From the NCBI GenBank assembly GCA_036172245.1, contig JAYWIR010000017.1, positions 3,844,001 through 3,908,000 of the forward strand: DNA of 64,000 nucleotides. The letters are read 5' to 3'. The DNA is from Raillietiella orientalis. Its lineage: Eukaryota. The position numbers and the translations under genes were made by a program. Of this stretch, positions 37,713 to 51,622 are shown piece by piece. How positions within the stretch are numbered: position 1 is the first letter of the stretch; every line of letters starts with the position of its first letter. The notes beneath the pieces are model-generated. The model made no database searches. It was not told the origin of the DNA and saw nothing but the letters and a program-made list of their open reading frames with translations.

Positions 37713-39408
37713 ATGTGTAAAATATGCGACGCTTCGGTTTGGTGGTGGTGGTGTGTGTTTTGCATACTGTGGGCGAAAATACAGGGCCAGGCCGACATTG
37801 GGTTCGACGGCTCCACCTTGTTCCGCCTGAACTGGAAAAACGTCGAATTTGACGCGCAGCTGGAAAAAGTTGGTATTGGAGTTTTTGTTTTGCCTTCTCT
37901 AGCCTACAGGGTTGTATTGTAGAATACGAATGTGGAAATACTACAGATGAGCACCGAAAATAAATCCAAGTTCAAGTGCACCATTCCAAAACACGCCACT
38001 CGAAATACGGTAATGCGACCAAAGTGAGCCGTTTACCCGTGACGTTTTAGGTTGGAGCACCTGCTGATTATTCTGGCCCGAATCCTTTTGAATTGTTACG
38101 TATTCTTTTTGCCAAGAAGCCCTGCGTGTACAGAGTATGTGAAGAAGAAAGATTCAGTTCGAATTGTAACTGTGATCTTCCAGCTGGAAAAATACTGGAA
38201 CTATGAACTGTGCCATGGAAGTTATTTGAAACAATACCATCAAGAATTAGGCGCAAATGGACGTCAGGTGGAATATTTTTTGGGATACTGGGATTCATCC
38301 AAATTTGAAGAGGCAGGTAAGTTCTGAGTGTCTGTTGATATACTTTCATTGTATTCTCTAGTAAACCAGTATGCAAAAATGGAAGCCATGATTTCCACAA
38401 AATGGATCGAAAATAAGTATCAGCCATATGTAGCAATTAATTTAACTGAAGGAACATTTTGTGAAGTAAACCAGAAAGCTCGCACAACAACTCTGTTATA
38501 TGTTTGCAATACAAAAGGTAAACATGAAATATATTCTCTGGAAGAAACATCTAGCTGTCACTATGAAGCAGTAATATTTTCTTCCTTGTTATGTGAGCAT
38601 CCAAAATACAAGTAAGTATAAACCTCTTGTTGTAAATTCTTACATGCTTCACTTTAAGAATGCAGGAGTCAGTACAAACTGATATCAACTGTTATGCTTT
38701 GGATGAAAGACGGAAGTCATCAATCACCCAGGAAACTTTGAATGTGCTTCCAAATGTGCACAATGATGCAGTTGCTGATTTAGATTTCAGTTCACACAAA
38801 GTCAAACAGAATACTATCTCTGACAGTTCACAAGCATTACATCCTTATAACACAATGCCAATTCTTGACCAGAAACTGGTTCAGGATTTTCTAGATGGAC
38901 ATCACTGTTTGTATGGGGTAAGCAAAATATTTTTTGTATCAATTTAACGTGTACCAAGGGCTTGGGTTGGTGGAAGTATAAGCTATGCCATGGCAAGAAA
39001 GTTCTCCAGTATCATGAGGTGAGACTACACAGCTGCTATCAAAATAATAATCTTGAGCAGGATGAAGTAACTCACAAAAGCTCCACTATTGTGCTGGGAC
39101 AATTCAGTAATAAAGACCATAAACACTGGATTGAGACTCATCCCAGGAAACAATTCCAAGCCCACAGTAATCCTCAACAGGTTTCCCATTTTTATGGACA
39201 AGGTGATTACTGTGAAGAGATGCATCAACAGCGTCATGTGGAAGTGAAACTTAGATGCAATAGAAACATGAATCCAAATGCTGTATCCATGTACTTGTTG
39301 GAACCTGTAACATGCCAGTACATTTTGGTTGTGGAAACAGCCATGGTATGCCCTCTTATGGAACATGTGGATGAGTTTGGTCTCTTTACAACAATAATGG
39401 ATCGGTGA
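37713..39408 (+). CDS. ERLEC1: Endoplasmic reticulum lectin 1 (XTP3-B/erlectin), multi-exon, two MRH domains
   Basis: Signal peptide; LFRLNW; YSGPNPFELL..C.YR; YWNYELCHG..QYH; GT.CEV...RTT..YVC..E.SSCHYE..LLCEHP; GWWKYKLCHGK.V.QYH; GDYC..RHVEVKLRC..YLLEPVTCQYILVVET..CP..DEFGL; GT-AG introns such as 37869-37922, 38010-38050, 39019-39060. Confidence 0.93.
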
Positions 39409-39448
39409 TGTTTGAATGGTCTCGCACTCTAGGGAATTGGCAGAGGGG

Positions 39449-40488
39449 TTATTGTTTTTTGAAGCTCTTTAAAATAGGGTAAATGTTTTCAAAAGCTTCA
39501 TAAATTTCTTGACGAACTTTGGCACCAGTAAGCACCACTTTTCCTGACACAAAAATTAGTAAAACAATGCGAGGTTTCACCATTCTATAAATGAGTCCAG
39601 GAAATAATTCAGGTTCATAGCTGCTGAACTGTGAATGAGTTAAAACCAATCCTTCTAGGCGGATGGGGAATTTTACATCACAGCTGCCTACCATATTCTG
39701 AATTTTGAAATCCAAGAATTTTGCCTTTAGGTTGGCTGGTAATTCAGCTATTGCTACTGCTGTTTGTACTCACATCAAATCCAAGCTTTTGCACAATGCG
39801 TGCATATTTTCGAGCTGCCAAGCGGGAATCCTCCTCACTTTTTGCACCAGTGCATACCATTTTGCCTGAACTGAAGATAAGTGCTGTAGTGCGTGGTTCA
39901 CGTATCCTCATGATGACAGCAGCAAAACGCTTCGGGTTGTATTCAGCATTACGAGCATGCAAGGCAATCTTTTTAAGATCAAGCTTGCACCCCAAGTTAA
40001 CAGTAGACACAATGTTTCTAGGAATTTTATACTAATTTATATTTTTTGTTACTCACTGTAACTGAGGAATGATTCCTGGGTCTGCTGATGAAGGTGTCAT
40101 GGGTGTCATAGGAGCTGGAGTACTGGGTCCAAACATAGAACTAGACAGAGAAGATGCAGGCATCTGATGTAGTGGAGAATTCTGGTTAAGAACTGTGTGC
40201 AACGAATGTTGTGAGACTGTAGATCCTAAGTTGGATGCCAACATGCTGGTCTGTAAAATTGTGATTATGATTAAAGAAAAAATAAATAAAAATAATATTA
40301 ACTGGAGTTTGGGGAGGGAGAAATTGCTGTACACCAAATGCATTGTTACTGAAAGACAGCATAAGTTTAGCAGTTTCCTGTTGCTGCTGTTGTGCTTGAG
40401 GCAATATTTGCTGGTCTTCTTCAGGTTGGTGCAGAGGGGTACCAACACTAGGGATGCTAAATCCAGGACTAGGAAACATCTGATCCAT
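39449..40488 (-). CDS. TBP: TATA-box binding protein; exons 40488-40303, 40250-40057, 40017-39774, 39724-39449
   Basis: [28 protein letters not shown]-terminus, [48 protein letters not shown]..., [14 protein letters not shown]...[11 protein letters not shown]; canonical splice sites. Confidence 0.98.
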
Positions 40489-43400
40489 GATGAAATAGTT
40501 AAATATCCCACACGTAGCAAAAAAACGTAACCATATGATTAAGCACAAGCATTGTCATCTGAAAAACAGAACGCGGTTATGATTACTTTGTATGCAAATG
40601 CAAGTATCAGAACATCAAACATATGCTGACGATTAAATATGGCCATTTTTGCACAAATACCTAATAAAGAACATGCTGCAAATAATGGTTACCAGAAATT
40701 CATTAAAGAACTGAATTATGGAAAGATCAAGGAATCATCAAAAGTTACACATGTTATTAAAATCACAAAAAATACGCAATACACTATGTATATATACTTA
40801 AATCTGTATTGCGTTCTAACAGTATCCTTAATTTAAAAGTTCCGCACATGAAGGGCAGCGTTTTGCAGATAAACCTGTTACTTCTGTATTCCTTTAGGAA
40901 AATTTGGAAAAAAACTATTCTTAAAAAGTACCTACATATGAAATATGTGGAAGTTGTCTTCTTTCAAATCGAGAATCGCAGCGAACACAGATTGTCTAGG
41001 CTTTGTCTAAAACTCACGCCACTGGCAAATCGATGTTAAACTTTAAACTATAAAAACGAAAAAAAAAAAAAAAGTTGCACGCATCCCTCATTCAATATTG
41101 ATTATAAAATGGCTCTGATTTCGAAAACCAACGTGCACACACCATAATTACGGACACAAACACTCTGATCAGTGCGAGCCAAAGAAGCACTGAACTTTAC
41201 GTTGTGCCGCCGTAGCCAGGCATTCAAACACGCTGGGAATGTGAAGACGAGAAATGCTGTTTCCTGTTGCTGTAATATTTCAAATGGCATTTACATATGA
41301 TGCCAGTTCCCCGCCAACCGTGAAAATCCAAACGTACTACTGGAAGAAGGAAAGTGGTTCTACTGTGGTTTCCCTTGTGTGCCACCACCAACAAACTTTC
41401 CTCCCGCGGATGCGATATCCGAGTCGGTACATCTCCATGTCGTGCCACACATCACCGTTTGCATCAGTGAAAACTAAAGTGATATGGAGAGAGAAAAAAA
41501 AATACACACACACACACACACACATGTATTTTAGAAATGTCTAAATATTTTTTCCACTGACAGTAAACAGATACAGATTCTTCTGTCTACCTTGCATTGA
41601 ATTACCTCTCATAAGGATTATTACAATTTGGATTCTAACCAGTTAGATTTTTTTTTTTTTTAATGATGCTGTTATTAAATTAAGACATTACGAAGTATGA
41701 ACATAATAATATGTGAATTTTGCGCTCGTCAGAAAGAAAACAAAGCCGAAAACTTAACGAGGACTGGCTCATTAATTACTAACAATTACTGGTGAATATG
41801 CATGCCACTTAGTAGCTCTTCTAAAAATGAATTCTGATAAAGTAATGACTATGGCCATTACACTGCATATATAATGCCTGTAATTTGAAAAGACTTTAGC
41901 ACTGACTGATCTAGAGACTTCTCATTAAAGGTTAAGACTCAACAAAGATAAACCACGAAAGGATTCCTAAGTGTTGATTGAGGTTTGTGTTTCTTTCATT
42001 CTTTTATTTCATGCTCACTGTGATACCATAAAAAAGAGTTACCTAGAAATTTAGAGTCTCTTTTTTTGCTTCATCAATTGACACAAGCATAAGTTCACGT
42101 TTAATAATTGTAAAACAGTGGAAATCCCATTACATAATGATATAAATGGCCTTTCATTTTTACATCGCTAGAGAGCCGTTTCTTTACTATGTGAACTACT
42201 TTATTAAAAATGAAATGAAGCTTTTGAAAACATCATTCATGATGATAATTTTGCTATGAAATCTTCACTACATCTCTATATGGCTGCTGCCTGCGTTGGA
42301 CATTAAACGCATGCATATCCAGTATGTCGCTGATGTCTTCCTGAAAAATGAAAATACTCCACTTAATCTTTCTTTATTAGCCAACCCAAAACTTTGCACT
42401 TTCTTAATGTTTTCTTTTCTATATATTTCATCCTGTTGCTTCTTATGCTTCCATTCTTTAATTCGCACAACGAACAGAACCTTCGTATTTTCATTAGGAT
42501 AGCGAATGAAAAAAGATCTAGAATATGAAGTCAGGCTTCGTGAGTTCTCATACTCTTTTATCAGCAGGTTGCTGTATGTGTTTCTATTCGACCTGCTCTG
42601 ATGTTCAAAAGAGATTGTTAAAAAATCACGATATGTAAATTCGCTAGGAAAAGGAAACTGTCTCTTGAAGAGTAAGCACTGAAAGTCATCAATCACAAAC
42701 GATCACATTTCGTAGGAGAGTTGTTGATCAGGTTCAGCCCATCTAATCAAAACAAAAACTAGAGTAATAAACACAATAACAATTGTAAATATTCTGATTA
42801 ATTTCCGCTTAACGAGCTCAAGTATTTCAAAGGGTGAACGTTCAACGAGGGAACGATGAATATAGTAAGATAGTGAAAAAATGACCGATAAACCTCCTGC
42901 ACGGTCTGTAGGATGAAGTGTCATCTTAAACAACATTTTTAAACGGTTTTCTCTGATGAAAAGTATAATTTAAAGGAAAGAGAATCCTCAGATATTATCG
43001 AATACAAAATCAGAGTTCTGAAAATCATAATTTGTTTCCTTAAGATCCTTCAAATTTCCCGGATATTCTAAAGTTAGTCGGTGACTGCAAAGATCACAAA
43101 TTCTATTAATTGATGAGTCTGTAAATGCACTTTTTTCAGTACTTGTTCATATTCTTTGCATTGTTATCCGTATTTCTTTAAGCTTCGATTCAACTTCATT
43201 TCCTGACTTTTATTCCGAGGCCTCCATTGAAGCAAATAAACTTAAGCTAGCATTTTTCATTTTTTTTTTTGGAAACAATGAAGAGAGCCTAGTTTTGAAA
43301 CTGAATTAAGTTCTTAGAAGATTATGATGTTTGGAAGCATTTGCTTTATTTGTTACTCCCTGCAACGAAAAAACTAGCAATCATCTCCGCATTCATGAAA

Positions 43401-46293
43401 AAGTGTCTATTTTTGATATGACTTAATATTGAAATCGAGAATAAAAGCATCTATGGTAAACCTTGAAGAGCTAAAAATGGATGTTTCAAAATCTTTTATG
43501 AAATTCTTCCAGCTATTCATTTTTCTAACTCGAAAGTGAATAGATTCAAAAAGTGCAGAAAGCGAGTAGTTGGAAACTCAATGTACAAATGTTATATTTT
43601 TGCATAAAAGTCGTCGAGCTTATGTGCAAACTGAAAGCAAGACTGAGTTAGTGCTTCCTCTAATCTGAAGAAAAGGTCTAAAATAGAAATAAATTAAGAA
43701 GTTTGTCTATGCAAAAATTTAGTTACAGGTTTCTGGTTCACTCGCTTAGCAATCTATTTTTCAGAAACTATCAGATAACCAAATTCACAAGACAAGAGAA
43801 AAAGAGTGAAGAAAGAAGATGGCAAGGAATTTAATATAGATCGCGGATGAGGGGCATTTTCAGTATCGGCAAACAACTTCTAAGATTTTTTATGAGATTT
43901 ATTAAAACGAAAATACTAGCGATCTTGACTTTGGATCTAGAGAGGGATTTCATAGTGCTCTATCTGGAGATTCAAATATCAGTTTAAGAGCACAGAATTG
44001 ATGTTGTAAGTGGTTTCTGCCTTCTAACTGTTTTCTTACGTGTTCATTATAGATTCTGTGATTTTCACGAATTGAAAAAGTTTTCCTTATTTCTCAGAAA
44101 AAAATATGAAGCAATCTATGTACATGTCATGTGCATGTACATTGGTGAAATAGAACCATCAGTTATGAAACAACTTCTAAAGAAGAAAAGAGTCTCAAAC
44201 TCCCAACTTAGAGCACCGTAGTAGTGAATTTGTAATGAAATATGGAACCAAACCTGAATTGCACTACTCACAAAGCAAGCATTATGGAAAGCAGATGAAT
44301 CATGATAGATACACAGTAATGAAATTCACCAAGAGAATCATCATATTTCAGAACATGTATGCTGGAAAAATTGAACTCGGGATCTCTGGAAGGGAATCAA
44401 GAGGGAACTATTTGAATGTTCAGACTCGATATTTGCAAAACGCAGGGGATCATTCCCCTGGAAAATAGACTCCTTCAAATAACTTTCATGAAAAATAAGA
44501 GAAAACTAGTCGAACTCTGGAATGTAGATCTGAATTTCAGAGGAGTTCTCGCACTATGAAATATTCCTGAGATGACTGAAAATTAAAATAAAGGACGCAT
44601 TTGATATCGGGTTTATCAAGGAAGAATTCTAAACAATACTGATTCAGAACAAAGTTCAGAATTCAAATGATGATCTGAAAGAATCAAAATAGACAAAATA
44701 AATACATACGAAGCTAGAAGAAAAAAGTACAAACATTTGAAACAGTATTGGAACTCATTAATTAATTTCAGAAACTGGACAATCATAGCGGAAGTTCAGT
44801 TATTTATTCTGGTACAACTCTTGAAATTTCACAATGAAGAGAACACATTAGAGGAATAAATAAAATAAAAATGACATTCCTAAGTTTCTGATAATCAGAC
44901 AAAAGTTTTCTTCATTTGCATGAATTTTGGGTGGAACTCTGCCGTGACCGCTCTTCATGAAAAGTTTTCAGAAAGCTTAAATAACTCGTCATTGCTGTAC
45001 AAATAACAAGCTTCAAAACTAAAGAGTAATATGGAAGTGTATACAACTAAAACAGCAGGCTGTGATTAAGAAATGTATTTGTGAATACCTCTATGACTAG
45101 TAAATGATTACATACAAAAATAAACACAGTAGAAAGGCGTCTTACAAATTCTTTCACGAACTTTCGTTCACACTACGACTGGATGAAATCGATGATAAAT
45201 GAGGTCTTATCTGAATCATTTTTGGAAAAAGGAATAATGCAGAGACAAACTGTATTTCTTTTCTGTTAGTTCAGTTATCTGGTGATTAAAGAAATTTTTA
45301 ATGAGCTTGCATTTCTTTTGAGGGAAGATCTTACTCAAAATTCCGAAATAGAAGTTGCTGGCAAGCATGCGAACAGACAGTTGCGGTCGAAAACTGTTGC
45401 TTGTGAATGTGTGGATATCGGAATCTTCAAAGTGTATAATCCCGAAGGGTTTCGAACATAACTTGTTGCTATCGATTACTTTAATCAGTATCTTTTTGTA
45501 CACCGAAGATTGTGATGTTTTCTTAAACTATATGCTCTTTAAAGGTATGTGCTATGTGGTGGATAATGCAAGAAATTTTTCCAGACGTGATCGAGAAAAT
45601 AAATGCATTAGATGTCGAGTGCTCTTCGCTTAATCTTTGCGAAGATACAAAGAACATGAAAACATGCTCTTGCTTTCAGCCTATGCTTTGTTATTAAAAA
45701 ATCTAGATTTAGTTAGACTTTGGCCCATGGTGTAGATAAAACTTATACTACGTGATATTTGAAGATTTTCACTCTTAATATTTCATGCATAACTTAGCAA
45801 ATGTAGAATACAAGGATTCAACTTTCTGATATTTCATTTAGATTATGAGGCACATTCCAGAAGTCTTTTATAAGGCGCTGGTAAATGCAAAAGTTTTAAA
45901 GTTGTCGTTTCTTTTGGGGGTTTTCTGCTATCTTATCATCCATGGAAGCATATAGCTGAATGCAAGTAATCATCCACATATATAAATAGTGTATGTAAAA
46001 ATACGAAATGAGTTTTCCGTATCATAAGTAATGTCACTTAATGATTAAGTTAAATGACATTTCTGATAAAATGTGCTGAATATTTAAAACTAGTGCTTGA
46101 AAGTTAAATCTTGAAATTTTCTTAAAGTATAAGCATTATCCTTGATCGTTCCAGGAAACTTTCATAAAATTTAAATCGAAATCACATACTGAATCATCTT
46201 TATGATATATATTTTTATGTGCATGAATTGAAATATAATATAAAATCCGTACTTTGGAGATACATATATTTGTAACAACTAAGTTATTTAGCA

Positions 46294-48823
46294 ATGGCAG
46301 CAGGTCCTATCACTGAAAGAAATCAAGGTAAGGTATATTTGTGTTTTTACAATCATAACTGCGTTTTTGTTTTTTCTACAGATGCCACCATTTATGTGGG
46401 TGGACTTGATGACAAAGTTACAGAAACTCTTTTATGGGAGCAGTTTGTGCAAGCTGGTCCTGTAGGTAAGGATGTAGTTTAATCGAAAGTTCATTTTATG
46501 CTTCTATGAAATAGTTAATGTGCATATGCCAAAAGACAGAGTGACACAGACTCATCAAGGATATGGATTTGTGGAATTTTTAGGTGAAGAAGATGCTGAT
46601 TATGCCATCAAAATCATGAATATGATAAAAATGTACGGCAAACCCATCCGTGTCAATAAGGTCAGCAGTAGCATTTTTCAAATAATTCTGTTTTTATCTT
46701 TTTGGCGTATGTTTTCTGAACTTTTTCTTTGAAAAAATCTTATAATTGCATTTTTTCGTAGCTATAATGAAGGACTTAATTTGCATGATGATGAAGAAGT
46801 TTTTCTCAAAGTTTTTAGAACTTTAAGCCATTACAAATTAAAGAAATTTAAACTAAATAGAATATATTAAATTTTGTTGAAGATTAAAAGTACTTTTGTT
46901 TGCTTATCTTTCTTTTCAAGAAATGCACAAGATGGATTACTTGCTCATTGTAGGGTATTAAACCAAAATGCTTGTTGAATAACTAATTTTTATTGTTTTA
47001 ATGAAACTTTTCACTGTGTAATGTAATTAAGAAATTACACATTGTTTGGAAACCAATTTTGAATTGAATGAATATGTTAATGATTATTTGCACACTCATA
47101 TGCTCATTTGTGTACTTAATAGTTTTCCATATATAGGCTTATTTTAATGTTTGTTAATTCCTCATGGAATTTTGTAATGCTAATAGTAGAGATGGTAAAA
47201 GATTCACGTTTGTAATATATTTGAAGGCCGAGATTTTTGTGCAGCATAACAAAAGAATGATAAAAATTATTTTAAAATGCAGAAGCACAGAAATGTCAAA
47301 ATGAGCATATTATTAGTGGACCACTTTGGGCATAGAATACAGTAAGATCCTAACGTTGTTTGCTAGCACTTTGTTATTCACGAGTATAAAATATTTAGTT
47401 TTGCAAAATTTGAAATAAATGAATATGTCTTTTACATTTAGCTTTTAGTGGTTGGTTACTCTCAGTGCATGTGAAATTTTTTTTAAGCAATTAGAATTCT
47501 GGTATAGGCTTTCACACTGCAAATGTCTTTCTTTACCATAGTTTTAGAAATATCAGCCTTTAGGAGACATAGAAAACTTGTTTTGGAATGATTTAAAAAA
47601 TTAAACCACTGTAATGCTTCAATTGGGTGTGTTGGTAGATTTTGTTAACTTTCTTGTCTTCAGCAACAGCTTACATTTAGTGAAATTTTTCTACATGATT
47701 TAGTTGGAGTGTTAGTAACAGCATAATTTGCATTCCATCTTTGTTTTACAGTTCTTCCTTCATTGTAATGAATTCTGTAAAGTAGAACTAATGATGCTGT
47801 TTTAGGCATCAGCTCATCAGAAAAATTTGGATGTTGGAGCCAATATTTTCATTGGTAACTTGGATCCAGAAGTTGATGAAAAGCTACTGTATGACACCTT
47901 CAGTGCCTTTGGAGTCATATTGCAGACACCAAAGGTCAGAATTCTTTTTGTAGCAATTTGTTATTACCAAGTTATAGATCATGAGAGATCCAGAAACTGG
48001 AAATTCTAAAGGTTACGCCTTCATCAATTTTGCTAGCTTTGATGCTTCAGATGCTGCCATTGAAGCCATGAATGGCCAGTATTTGTGTAACCGAGCTATC
48101 TCAATTTCGTATGCCTTCAAAAAAGATTCTAAAGGAGAAAGGCATGGATCCGCTGCAGAGAGATTGTTGGCTGCCCAAAACCCATTATCCCAAGCAGATC
48201 GCCCTCATCAGCTGTTTGCAGATGCACCTCCTCCTCCTGCAGCACTTATGCCACCTCCTCCTGCACCACCCCCTCCACCAATGATGGCCATGGGAATGGG
48301 TATGCCTCCAGGCATGGGTCCTGGGATGCCCCCTATGATGGCAATGCCACCACCAATGCCACCATCTGCAATGTCAGCATATGCTCAGCAAACTCCCCCT
48401 CCACAACAATCACGTCCTCCACCTGCTGCTTCATTTAGGCCACCACCTTCATCACAACCTCCCCCTCCACCAGCTGTACCTCCCTCTTCTTCTGTGTCAA
48501 TTCAACAACCACCTCCCCCTCCCTCGCAACCTCCTTCAGGAACAGTTAGCCAACATATGATTTATCCTGGACCACCACCACCTCCAGGAATACGAATACC
48601 TCCTCCTCCTGTTTCTTCATCCACTCGGCCATGGGCCCCTCCTCCTCCAGGAACTGCTTCTAGTGTAGCTACAGCTGGGTCTGCATTAACCCCTAGAGCT
48701 TCGCCATTTTCATCAGTTCCTCCTCCTCCACCAAGAGCAATTAGGCCACCTCCACCTGGACCACCACCTCGAGTTGTAAGACCACCTCTTCCTCCAGGAG
48801 GTGCAGACCAATATCAGTACTAA
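46294..48823 (+). CDS. SF3B4: Splicing factor 3B subunit 4 (SAP49); exons ~46294-46327, 46382-46465, 46514-46660, 47807-47934, 47979-48823
   Basis: [24 protein letters not shown]..., [65 protein letters not shown], Pro-rich tail. Confidence 0.98.
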
Positions 48824-48919
48824 TTATTTTATGTTGTAAAAAAACCCTTTGATTTCTTATGTATGCTTTTGTACTTGTGTTTTTTTTCTCTAAAATTGTA
48901 TTCGTAAGACTTAAATTCT

Positions 48920-49811
48920 TTAGTCAATGCCTAGTGATTTCAGCACATCAGCATTACTGACATGTTGTGCGAAATGCTGCTGACAAAATTGAAGCAAAAC
49001 TTTCGTGCCACCCTTGTTGACTACAATAGTTCCTCCATATTGTAAACCATCTCCTTCAAGATTGCCAGATATTTGTTTTCTGTCTGCTTCTTGGGTTGCT
49101 TTCCATGTTTTCCACTGAAACACTGCTGATAAGATTCCCAAATACGATTTTCTTTCAAACCCGAGATCTTGATATGTCTTCTTCTCTTGATCAATGTACA
49201 GTTCTAAGACGATTTTTTTACAGCCCAGTAACCACCTACCTCCATCAAAAAAGTTCTTTTCTAGAAATTCACTTGCTCCAAGTTCCTCCAAACCTATTCC
49301 AACCAATTTAACATTATTGTCCTGTAATTTGGGAGCAAGCTGACTGATCTCCAAAGCACCTAAACGGCACATTTTACAACCAAATCGCCTTAGGAATGTG
49401 ATGACGCAGGGTTGATCTTTCCATAATTGGTTTATAGCAATAAGCTGCAAATTATATTGTCAGTCGAATGATACTTTTGATAACATGTTACAAGTTATAG
49501 TTTGCATTCCGAAAAATTGAAGAATTTGCACACAGAAAAAAGGCTTTCGAAGAATTGGGCGAAAGACCGTAAACGCAAACGAATAACTGGCCAGGTTTTC
49601 ATGATGGTATACGATAGACTGTGGTTTCTGTAATGCTCTCTTAATGCTGTCCACAGTTTTATTTTCACAGAATGCGGTATAAATCAAACAATACTCGTGA
49701 GAAACACCTCATTGCACACGACAAGGAAATAAAATTTGAAAAAAACCCTACTTCTCCAGTTCTAGCATTCTTGAGCAAGTTGTTCGAAATCTTTTGTAAA
49801 TCCACTACCAT
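48920..49811 (-). CDS. PRXL2B: Peroxiredoxin-like 2B / prostamide-prostaglandin F synthase (FAM213B); exons 49811-49752, 49444-49240, 49203-48920
   Basis: MVVDLQKISNNLLKNARTGE|LIAINQLWKDQPCVITFLRRFGCKMCR (CxxC), GIGLEELG..EF..FFDG|ELYID, GNLEGDGLQYGGTIVV..GG..VLL; AhpC-TSA_2 family pattern. Confidence 0.88.
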
Positions 49812-50959
49812 GATAATTTTGCTTGGTTTTTTAATTCACTCAACAGTTTTGCCAAGCTCAACACAGCTTTCCGATGGATTTGCTGAATAATGCACAGTCT
49901 TGATAATACATCAACACTGCATTAATTTTGGATTTCTGGCTTCAATAAGAAATCCCCACGTGATGAGTCACGAAACTAAATCCATGGGGAAAATATTTTT
50001 GACTTTTCCCCAAGAGCTATGCAATCAGGCCGGAAAGCTTCCAAGGATTTCGGTGTGATCCAATTGTTTGAAACGGTTTTTTTTTTTTTAATCAGTGATC
50101 TCACATGGAAACATAATAAATTCACGGAACTTTTGCAAAATCCTTCGGCTTGGTGAAAAACAAAACATATCTATAAAACTTGCGAAATGTTATTCAAAGT
50201 ATATTTTTGGTTGAAATGAAGAAACAGGCTTTTCTGCATTTTTTTTATTTGATTCAGCTATTTTCTGGGTGCTACATGATGAAACGATAGAATAATGAGT
50301 TATGAAATATTGATATTCTCATAACTGGATTAGTCTAAATACTAAACAAGCTTGGGTAAGCTTGTTTAGTGTTTACACTACAAAGTTCTGCACAAAGGTT
50401 CTGACTTTTCGGAATGACTCCTACTGGAATTCTCCTCAGAGTGAACTCTACCTCATGTCTGGAGAATAATCGTCACCAACATAAAACACAATGTTATAAG
50501 CAAATATAAATTAATGTGGATTTACAACTTATATACTCTTAATGCTTTGGATTTTCAAATGCAACTGAATACATTCAAAACACTTTAGCTCGAATTTCCA
50601 AGTTATCCAACAAGTTCCATTTAGACTTCAGGAAAAGTGGACTTTGATTGAAAAAAATAAGTACTGTGGAAATGGTCGATGTACTTTATTACACTTTATT
50701 CTAATGCACATCCTTATTGAGTTTGTTGCTGTAGTCGTAATTTCTCCATAAATTTCTATCGCATGTAGAGCAAGGCAGTTGTCAAAGGCGAATTCCTGTT
50801 GGGTGATTTCTGAGAAATCGTTCACGTAATGCGTGAATACTGAGACATTATCGTTTGAATATGTATCAGAAGGAATACATTAAAACCAAAACTTGCTATC
50901 ATGTCTATTAGCACAATAATAAGTTTATTAGTTTTTAAATGCGAAATCAATTCATATTC

Positions 50960-51560
50960 CGTACATTCCCTTGGTTGAACAGAAGGCGCTAAAGCGATCT
51001 ATCCAGGATGCACCAAATAATTTTAAATAAAAACCACTGGCAAGAGCATTGCATTTGGGGATCTTGTGGAGGGGAAGTATTTTAGTCTCGCTGTGATTTT
51101 GGGCGCCATTTCGGCAATGTCCACTTTCCACGGTTGAATCAAAGGAGTACATCGAACAGTCTCGCGAGCTTGCGGGAGTGCTAATTTGATGGTCTCTCGT
51201 CTGCGCTGCTGTTTTTCCGGGATCAGATCTTCAGAGCATTGTGGGCACACAGTGGCAAGCTGTCGGTCTCGGAGGAACTTTTTGCATTCAGAAATAAGTC
51301 TAGAAAAATAACCTTTAGCTCCATCCTCCATCTGGAAGAGGACTTTCTCGACACCAATTGTTCTGTTCATTCAAGAATAACAGAAACTACATTAATCTAG
51401 GACTGTTGCTTGCTTTTTCTGTTTCAAGGCAGCTCTTCACTTCATGCCCTTCAAGAAAAGAGAACTTGAAAATCATTGAGGTCGATATACCATTCCGAGA
51501 AAGGACAGACGGTACTTCGTTTTTCGCAATTCTGAGAATTACCAGATGTATGTGAAAGTA
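50960..51560 (-). other. Putative endogenous viral element: bunyavirus-like L fragment (premotif A/F and motif A)
   Basis: EQ-IG-EK.LFQMEDGAKG (cf. KxQxGxxRExxxxxxGAK), followed about 60 codons later by VDIA-KWRPKS (cf. DxxKWxP) across a frameshift. Confidence 0.5.
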
Positions 51561-51622
51561 CACGTGAATCGTTGAGTGACTAGTAAGTGTATAGTACACG
51601 TAATAAGCACGGGGAGGATGTG

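Noticed and set aside
39721..40530. Plus-strand ORFs overlapping TBP
   Set aside because: Antisense shadows of TBP exons.
48230..48800. CCT/CCA-rich low complexity
   Set aside because: Normal proline-rich C-terminus of SF3B4.
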